Shown: positions 1 to 8,200 of the stretch, piece after piece
How positions within the stretch are numbered: position 1 is the stretch's first letter
Layout of the letters: every line of letters begins with the position of its first letter
From: Pseudobacteriovorax sp.
GTDB lineage: Bacteria > Bdellovibrionota_B > Oligoflexia > Oligoflexales > Oligoflexaceae
Direction: 5' to 3'
Length of the DNA: 11,279 bases
Assembly: GCA_050293845.1 (NCBI GenBank)
Contig: JBNKNM010000185.1
Span: 1-11,279 of the forward strand
Made by a program: the position numbers and the translations under genes
Notes under the pieces: generated by a model
What the model was told of the DNA's origin: nothing
The model's input: only the letters and a program-made list of their open reading frames with translations
Databases searched by the model: none

Positions 1-122
1 TTGGCATTTCTTAACCTCTTGATGAATTGTGATAATGCTAGCATGAATAAGGGTGAAACACGATCGTTCTCTGTGAATTCTAAATAATTTAATTCCATTA
101 GGGCTTTAGCTGCAATCCAAGC

Positions 123-151
123 TTGACAAGTCTTCAGCTTTCCTTTAGTTT
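123..151 (+). promoter_or_regulatory. Candidate sigma70 promoter for the tRNA gene
   Basis: Perfect TTGACA (123-128), 17-nt spacer, TAGTTT (146-151; keeps the TAnnnT core), about 90 nt upstream of the tRNA and in the same orientation. Confidence 0.45.
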
Positions 152-242
152 TCTTTGCCTCAGTGGTTGAGCTTGTCTTCTCAAGTCGAGCTCGGATTTG
201 TGATGTATTTGTCAGATTCTAAACCGCTGACTGTTCAAAATT

Positions 243-319
243 GCACCCATAGCTCAGCTGGATAGAGCATCAGGCTTCGAACCTGAGGGTCGGGCGTTCG
301 AATCGCTCTGGGTGCGCCA
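243..319 (+). tRNA. tRNA-Arg, anticodon TCG (UCG)
   Basis: Full cloverleaf: acceptor GCACCCA/TGGGTGC; D arm GCTC/GAGC with loop AGCTGGATA (A20 Arg identity base); anticodon stem TCAGG/CCTGA with loop CT-TCG-AA (anticodon 277-279); T arm GGGCG-TTCGAAT-CGCTC; discriminator G and encoded CCA. Confidence 0.98.
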
Positions 320-403
320 TTCCTTTTACCTCAGTCCTAACTATGATGACTTCTTTAAAATCTCTTTCCAAGAGTATGTGGATCGTCTAATCAGATTTGA
401 AAC

Positions 404-446
404 GGATCCTCCGTGGCGCTTTGGGGTCAGTTTGGTTCATGGTGGG
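404..446 (-). mobile_element. Probable right terminal inverted repeat region of the ISL3 remnant (exact end uncertain)
   Basis: Lies just past the transposase stop codon. Two GG-starting candidates have the ISL3-like GG...TGGG shape: GGATCCTCCGTGGCGCTTTGGGG (404-426) and GGGGTCAGTTTGGTTCATGGTGGG (423-446). No partner left end was found. Confidence 0.35.
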
Positions 447-451
447 TAACC

Positions 452-748
452 TCACGCCCCCCCACAAGCATGTAAGAGTTGCAAACGGTAGTTTTTAAAA
501 CTCCTAAACCCGTAAGCCCTACTCTGGACTAGCTTTGCCTTACGATTGAAGCCCTCAACGCGACCGTCACTGAACCTTCCATCGAAGTACTTAAGGATCT
601 CGTTTTTCCAGGAAACTATCGTGCTGCGAAGTTGAACAAGACCTTTTACTTTTGACATACCCATCTGATAGATGATGCGATTCAATGCTTTCTCGGCTCG
701 CCTTTTCCCACGGATTCGATAAAGGTGGTGTACGCTCTCTTTTATAAA
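452..748 (-). pseudogene. ISL3-family transposase, C-terminal fragment
   Basis: The 452-685 frame extends upstream as FIKESVHHLYRIRGKRRAEKAL, then ...LRSTIVSWKNEILKYF..RFSDGRVEGFNRKAKLVQSRAYGFRSFKNYRLQLLHAC. This matches the ISL3 C-terminal signature (W..EIL.YF, NG.xEGxN.KxK...R.AYGFR.F.NYRL). Only about 100 of about 400 aa remain, with an in-frame stop just upstream. Confidence 0.9.
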
Positions 749-803
749 TACTACTAAACAAAATCATAAAAAAGGTTGCCAAGAATTGCAATATTTCGTC
801 GCT

Positions 804-833
804 TCGACTCTCCCTTAAATGTACTGCTATAAT
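804..833 (+). promoter_or_regulatory. sigma70 promoter with extended -10 for the Cys-rich gene (probably also the RHS gene)
   Basis: TCGACT (804-809), 18-nt spacer, TATAAT (828-833) preceded by TG at 825-826 (TGnTATAAT). RBS GGAGA at 850-854 precedes the ATG at 859. Confidence 0.7.
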
Positions 834-858
834 CTTTTGCCAACTAAATGGAGAAACT

Positions 859-2085
859 ATGAAAAACTTACTAATGGCAATCGCTATATTGTCGCTATCC
901 CCCTTGACTGCGATGGCTACACTCGCACCAGTCGGAAAAATCTTAGTAAAAGATCCTTTAATGGGTGATCCCCAAAAAGACTATCTCCTTGATGTCATTA
1001 TACAAAACAACTCAACAACTAAAGTTGCTGTCTGTGACAGTATTCGAATTAACTACGTGATTGATCATATCTCAAATTGTGGTTTCTCTGCTTTCGAAAC
1101 TGGAGCTCTCGAACTCCTGACTAGCAATGTAATCCTGCAAAAAAGCGGAGAGTCGGATAGTGAAATATCTTTTGTAGATGTGGGCGAAGAAATTCTCTTA
1201 GATGCTGATGAAAAGTATCGTAGAGTCACTGGTAATAGGAGGGAAGTTGTCGACTACTGCATTGACCAGTCTTCGATTACAGCATCCTGTTTCTATGGAT
1301 GTGTCGATAATGATGGAAAAGTGAAATTACCAGGACAGGAGTGGGAGACTGAAATTTTCGGCATAGGTATCGACGTAGAGACAGTTGTAGGTAAAACCAA
1401 ATTTATTTGTAATGACAGATCAGAACCAGAAAGGTTGGGTACTACCTGTGAGCATACAAGATATACGGAGTCACAAGATGGAACCTGTAAACCAAAATCT
1501 TGTGGCGACGTACCACACGGTGATCCTATGGATGTAGTCGTAGAAGGTGTGGGAAAATATTTTAGAAAATGTCAGTTTGGAATCCCAGTACAGACTGGAG
1601 TTAGCTGTGTAAGCACCCACAGTGCACGAGGAAAACCAGGACAGCAGCAATGTTTACGAAAGTGTAGTGGTGGAGACTATACCCAGGGAGAGACCAGAAC
1701 TAGACCTGGCACCAATAGCACGATTACTGAAATTTGTGAACCAGCAAACCCTGTGCAGTGGCAACCTCATGGATACGAATGTTTGTCGACCACTCGTTTT
1801 GATAAGGTGTCATTCGGTGTTTGTGCTCCGAAGAACTGTGGAAGTCTCGGACACAATAGAGAGAGAACAATCTCAACTAATAGAGATACCTGCCAAAAAA
1901 CAATCGAAGTTTGTAGGTATGGGAAAACATACAAAGAAACACGAAAGATTCTTGGATGTGGTGGAGTCAGAGCTTGTTCGGATATTCTGAGAAAAAGCAG
2001 TTGTTTAGCTGCTCAATGCACCTGGAAGAATACTAACAGATGCGTGGACCCCAAACTTGGCGGCAACGATCCTCTTCCACTGTAA
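859..2085 (+). CDS. Secreted cysteine-rich modular protein of unknown function (408 aa, 24 Cys)
   Basis: Long ORF with RBS; Sec signal peptide MKNLLMAIAILSLSPLTAMA (AMA cleavage motif); 24 Cys in groups of four; internal repeats such as CKPKSCGDVPHG / CAPKNCGSLGHN. Confidence 0.88.
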   Translation: MKNLLMAIAILSLSPLTAMATLAPVGKILVKDPLMGDPQKDYLLDVIIQNNSTTKVAVCDSIRINYVIDHISNCGFSAFETGALELLTSNVILQKSGESDSEISFVDVGEEILLDADEKYRRVTGNRREVVDYCIDQSSITASCFYGCVDNDGKVKLPGQEWETEIFGIGIDVETVVGKTKFICNDRSEPERLGTTCEHTRYTESQDGTCKPKSCGDVPHGDPMDVVVEGVGKYFRKCQFGIPVQTGVSCVSTHSARGKPGQQQCLRKCSGGDYTQGETRTRPGTNSTITEICEPANPVQWQPHGYECLSTTRFDKVSFGVCAPKNCGSLGHNRERTISTNRDTCQKTIEVCRYGKTYKETRKILGCGGVRACSDILRKSSCLAAQCTWKNTNRCVDPKLGGNDPLPL

Positions 2086-2118
2086 GACACTTTAAAAAAT
2101 ATTTGATTTTTGAATTTG

Positions 2119-2152
2119 TAGCCTTTGGAGGGTTAACTTCCTGCAAAGGCTA
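2119..2152. other. Intergenic imperfect palindrome / RNA hairpin
   Basis: TAGCCTTTG (2119-2127) pairs perfectly with CAAAGGCTA (2144-2152). Inner AGG/CCT pairing continues around a central GTTAAC. No U-tract follows directly on either strand. Confidence 0.7.
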
Positions 2153-2236
2153 GTCCAAGAAATTGAACAAGGTCTTATTAATAAACACATTAAGTCTATG
2201 CTTTAAGGACTATGATTAGAGCAAACAGGAATTTTC

Positions 2237-5200
2237 ATGAAATATTACCGTCGAATCTTATTACTATTGTTTTTAAACCTTCTGCTACATATAGAAATGG
2301 TAGAACTGCAAGCTAATGAGTTATTACCTCATCGGGTCGACTATAGTGTTTCAGTAGGGAAGTTTGGTCAATTGAACGGTACGATACCTCTAAGTATCCT
2401 AGATGCAGGAAACAACTTCCAACCACAAATTTCTCTAGACTACTTTTCGGGATCTGACCTAATTTCTGTTGTCGGAAAAGGTTGGCGTTTGAACACGAGT
2501 AGTAGAATAATACGATGTAACAAGACTAGATGGATAGACGGAGAAAACTCAGCAGTAGAATTCGACCAGAACCTTACTTTCTGCATAGATAGCAAAAGAC
2601 TTATAAGAATCGACGAGGAGTCCACTGAAGAATCGATCGTATTTCGACACCTTAATGAAAATTTTTCAAAGATTGTGCTGAAGGAAAATACCTTTCAATT
2701 ATTTAAGAAAAATGGTGAAATCCTCACTTATGGAACAAATGACTCTACGAGAACATATGGAAGTGAAGGAAAGATATTCTCATGGTACTTGGCTGAACAA
2801 ATCGATCGTGCTGGAAACATTATTAAGTATTCCTATAAAAAGAAAGATGAGAATTCGCCAGTTCTTTCTAAAATTGAGTATGGTGGAAATTTGACCTTTT
2901 CGGTGGAAGCGTATAGATTCATAGAGTTTGAATACTCTGAACGTTTAAACCCCATCGAAAAATACAATAGTACAAATTATACTGTTGAAAGTCTAAAAAT
3001 CGATGAAATCAAAGTTTCTGATAGTGATGGTTTGGCTTGGGTCTATAAACTCAATTACAGAGACATGGAATTTTCACAAGGCTTCTTACTTTCATCTATA
3101 GCACTCTGTGTAAAAAACAAGTGTACCCCTCCTACCAACATCGAGTATCAAGAAGAAAAAACATCCTTTAGACCGAAGGAAGTGGAGCCCACCTATGGGG
3201 TCGATGACACTAGGTCAAGTCCCAAACTAGGCCGATACATCATAGATGCTAATGATGATGGCAAACCAGACATTATCACTGTTGGGCGAGAAATTCTTAG
3301 TATTGAAAAAGGAGACAAGACTGGTTTTGAAAATCCTATAACATTCTCCACAATGCTTCCTGCCTCATGGGTCCTTACTAAAGATATCGTTTTCTTTAAT
3401 GATATAAACCGTGATGGTTTTCAGGACATTCTTACAACTGTGACACAAACATCAAGGAGTGTAAGTAGAGAAGAAACTGGAATATATGTCATGTACGGGA
3501 ATAGTAACGGTTTTTCACCTGCCGTTCAGGTCAGCAATAAGCTTGGATCAAATTTTAACATAAAGTCGGCATCTATGGTGATGGCTGACCTTGACCATGA
3601 CCTATATCCCGAGATTATCTTATTTAAAAGTGAGGGTGTATACGTTCTTAAAAATGAAGATGGGAAGAAATTTACCGAAGTTGGAGCTTATGGTATCGTC
3701 TCAAGTGATTTCTCTACTAGAAACGGATGGGACTTATTCAAACATGTCAAGCAGGTTTTGGATATTAACAACGATGGTAACCTTGATATTGTAGGTTTCA
3801 GACCTGACGGAATATTCGTTTCCCTTGGAAAAGATTTCACTTTTTCAAAACCAGATAAATGGACCGAAGATAGTTCAGAAACTTTCTACAATATCCTAAA
3901 CGATAGGCGTACCTTTGCTGATATGAACAGTGATGGACTCCTTGATATTGTGGGAATGGGAGGCGATGGTATATTTGTTCGACTAAACCAAGGATCTTCT
4001 TTCGGACCGGACCAATTATGGTTGAATGATTTTGGTTCATCTAAGGGGTGGAGTGGCCAGAATGCTGAAAGACTAATTGTAGACATCAATGCTGACGGCA
4101 TGATGGACTATATTGGAATAAGACGTGGGCTATTGAGAATTGTCATCGGCAATGGTGGTGCAGTTAACCCTCAGAAGCAGAACAGCAGTACTATTGATGT
4201 AACTTCTAGTGAAATTGATCAATGGCGAAAAAATTTCTCTCTGTTCCCCATCGATGTGAATTTTGATAACGTTTTGGATTTGAATTTTATTAACCCGTTT
4301 CGCGGCATAGTCTCCATTACTAGTTCGACTGGTCATGGCAAAGTCTCGAAAATCAGTGATGGTTTTCAAAAGAGTGCATCGATTTATTACGATAATTCAT
4401 CAGAAACATACAGAGTGACCTCTAGAGCGGAATATCCGCACAAAACCATTCCATCAGCAGGACTTGTTGTTTCTAAAATAGAAAAAGAAACAGGAGCCTC
4501 GGAAAAAAGGGTCATGCAATTCAGATACAAAAATCTCACATCTGATTTAGCTACGAAAAATATTCTAGGATTCGAGTTTTATGAATCTGAAGATGAAAAC
4601 TTCATTGAAAAAACAAAATTCGACATGAGGCTTGAAAGTTTAACCAAAGGAAATGAAATCGAAGTGGTTAAGTTTCTGAAAAATGAAGATGAGTTAACCA
4701 AGAAATCCTTGACCTCAAAAAATTGGAAGCAGCATGAAATATCAGAAAATCCGTTTCACGTTTTTACTTACTTATCTGAACAAACTGTTGAATACTTTGA
4801 TGACGATGAGGTTCACTCCCACACCAAGAAAATAACTCAACGAACAGACCCATTTGGGAATCAAATATTCCAATCAACAAAAATAACCAGCGACCATGAA
4901 ACTCTAGAGGAAATAAAAACTCAAAAATTCGAACAAGAGAATCTCGAAGATTGGATCATAGGAAAAGTGACCCAAAAAACTGTAGTAAAGAGAAATTCGT
5001 CCGGTTCCGTTCTGTCCAACACGACAACCTACCAGTATGATAGCGATGGTTTTTTAATTGAGGAAATAAAAGAGCCGAAGACGAGCTTAGAGCAAAAAAT
5101 AGTCTACTCTAGGGTTAACAATCCTTTTGGTCATATCGATTCTGAAACTATTACTTGGAGCAAAGAGCAATCCTTTGGTCTTGATTTTGAATATATTTCT

Positions 5201-8200
5201 TCTTCCTCTAGATACGATCAACGGGGTTTTGTTACTGAAACGATTAATCCAGAGGGGCATTCTGTAAAAATTGAAGAAAGATCAAAAATTCTAAGATTAC
5301 CAGTATTAACTGTTGATATAGACGGAACACGAACTACTAAGACATATTCAGAAATCGGTCGGGTTAAAACTATTGATATCGAAGGAAAGGGAATCACGAA
5401 AATCGATCTATATCTGTCTAATGCTAATGCTCCGAAGCTTTCAAAAACTACCAGTAAAACAAGGTATCCAAACGGGAGCTTTCTCGTTGAATACATTGAT
5501 GCTGAGGATCAGAAAATAGGATACGAAAAAAGCACACTTGGTGGGAAAGTCGTTTTTCACGAAAGACGCTATGATAAGTTTGGAAACTTAATTAAGGAGT
5601 CTATTCCACATTTCCGCGATGATGAAAAAAAGTGGATATCCTACGTGTACGACAATCAACAGAGATTGGTTGAAAAAATAAATTCCGACGGTTCTAAAAA
5701 ATTAATAGAAAGACGAAATAACCTTGTAGTGATAACAAATGAGAGAGGTTTTTCAGAAAGTAAAGTGTATAGCTACGTAACTGGACGATTAAACTCAGTG
5801 GAAAATGCTAAGAATCAAATAATTTCTTTTCAATATGATGCACAAGGAAGGCAAATAGAGGCCTCTTACGGAAACAGTATCAAGATCGAAAACGAATATG
5901 ACAATCTTGGTAGGAAAATTAAAACGATTGATCCTAGCTTTGGTGTCGTTTCCTACGCATATAACACACTCGGAAAACCATATTCCACTGAAAATAATTT
6001 AGGTTCAAAAAAACTACATTATTATGACAGGATTGGTCGCTTGATTAAACGTGAACACCTCGAAAATGGGCGTTTAGTCTCTGTAGACCATTGGAAATTT
6101 GATGCTAGTCCAGAATCTATTGGTAAGCTAACAAGAAAATGGAATTCCAATAGCTACGAAGAATATATCTATAATTCAAAGGGCTACTTAAAAAATAAAC
6201 TTACTAGCATTGCCGGGAGAGTTTTTTCTACAGAGCTATTCTATGATTCACTTTCAAGACCTAGTAAATTGAAACTTCCGTCTGGAATGGAATTAGAAAA
6301 AGAATATGATGCGTTTGGCATCCATATTAGAACATTCAATCCAAGCACTAACGAGACATTTTGGAAACTTTTAGATATTACTCCCGAGGGTAAAGCTGAA
6401 AAGTATACAACTCATGAAGGATTTAAAACTCACAAAGTATTTGATGACTTTGGAAGAGTCACATCTATCAACCTTCTTACATCGAAAGGTAAAAATCTAA
6501 ACTCTAGATCTTATCGATACGATTTGAATGGAAACCTAGAACACCGCAAAAATAATATAACTGGGCATACTGAATCATTTGAGTATGATGAAGTTGATAG
6601 ACTTATTGCCTCTCAGGGAGGAATTGAGTCTGTAGAATATCAATATGACGATTTGGGAAACTTGATCTCTAGATCTGATGTCAATGGACCGTTGGAATAT
6701 AGCAATCCTTGTCAAAACAACCGACCTGGCCCATACGCAATTACTTCTGTTGGTGAAAGAAAATATTGTTATAATTCAATCGGCCAGGTAATAAAGGTAA
6801 ACAACAATGAAGTGAAGTATGGTTCCTATGCAAAGCCTACGTTCATAGGTAATGATAAAGAAAACGTCAGATTCATCTATGACGCAGATGGAGAGCTACT
6901 CTTTAAATCTGAGATGTCAGAGAATGAAGAATTATCCACCTACTTACTATCAGGTTCCGAATTGACCATCAAGGATAATAAGGAAATCTGGCAACATAAG
7001 ACCGATGGTGGAGCTTTAATCGAAATATTAAATGGTATTATCACCAACAAGCTTCTGCATACCGATCATATAGGGTCCATCATCGGAGTCTATGACTCCT
7101 CCAGACATTTAGTCGAAGCCATTTCGTATTCACCATGGGGAATACGAGCCTCGGAAACAGACTTATCTAAATCTACGACAAGTCGAGGCTTTACAGGGCA
7201 CCTGCATCTAAAGTCTTTAGACCTGATACATATGAAAGGTCGAATCTATGATCCTATTTCGGGACGATTTTTAAGTCCCGACCCTTATATACAAAATCCC
7301 TACAATCTTCAGAGCTACAATCGCTATAGCTACCTCTGGAATAACCCCTTAAGCGGGGCAGATCCAACTGGATATTTTTCCATAAAAAGTATCGTATCTG
7401 GGGTTAATGACTTCTTTAAGAATCCTCAAAAACATCTACTATCAGCAGTTTCAATGGGTGTCACATTTGTAGGATTTTATTTCGGAGGTCCCATGGGAGC
7501 TGCGATTGCAAATGGGCTTTTTACGGCGGCAGTTGCATCAATTCACGGCGCGTCTTTCCAAGATTCCCTCAAAATTGGTATCATTACGGGCGTACTAACC
7601 TACTATTCGGCCACCAGTTTCGAAACCTTTTCTAAAGGCTTTCAGACTGAAAACCTACTATCTACTGCTTATTCGAAAATAGTCAACAAACAGAAAGAAG
7701 ACTTTGTTATCAAACCAGTCATGGAGCATATTAGTAAAAAGACTGGATTGAGTCGTGAAGAGATTAACGTCGTGCTCATTGCATTCTCGGAGTCTGCAAA
7801 CCTAGGTGAAAATGGATCTCGTTATCATGCTAAGGGATCTGTTTATAATAAAGAAATGTTCAACCACAATACAATTCTCGGAGTCAGTACTCGAGGGGCT
7901 GCTTATCTCTTTCACGATGTTGCCGATATAGTGTTGGGTCTACAAGGAGTTCTCGATGCGACAGGTAGAGAGATTAGGGATAATAACCTGCCTTTCGAGA
8001 GAGCTCATAGCTTGGGAACAATCACCGCAGCAAATCTATTATCACAAGGATATGATCCAGGACAAAGTTCGGTAGATCTTTATGCAGTTCCCATAGGAAT
8101 AGGAGCACCTAAGAATGCACGAGTACATATGAATGGAAAAGACCCAATAACGGCATTCGGTTTGAATTTCATTTTTAATCCTCATGCTGAGGACTTAAAT

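Noticed and set aside
3..218. Stop-free minus-strand frame running off the window edge (possible ATG at 98: MELNYLEFTENDRVSPLF...)
   Set aside because: No clear RBS or recognisable motif and truncated by the window; cannot be supported without flanking sequence.
298..319. Search for a duplicated tRNA 3' end (attR)
   Set aside because: Only a short TTCGAATC match near 8433 inside tnpB was seen, which is chance level; no integrase in the window.
140..337. Similar TTCCTTT...CCTCAGT words on both sides of the tRNA (about 140-164 and 320-335)
   Set aside because: Short, low-complexity and differently spaced; not convincing as att sites or a target duplication.
591..791. 66-aa minus-strand ORF
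   Set aside because: Alternative frame over the ISL3 remnant; the transposase-like sequence lies in the 452-748 frame.
1622..1990. 122-aa plus-strand ORF inside the Cys-rich gene
   Set aside because: Out-of-frame shadow with no RBS or motif; the main frame has a signal peptide and ordered Cys pattern.
2440..5496. Seven short ORFs nested in the RHS gene (2440-2625, 2712-2894, 3591-3794, 3837-4040, 3886-4101, 4130-4369, 5218-5496)
   Set aside because: Antisense or off-frame shadows of a well-supported CDS, with no recognisable features; none is a credible immunity gene.
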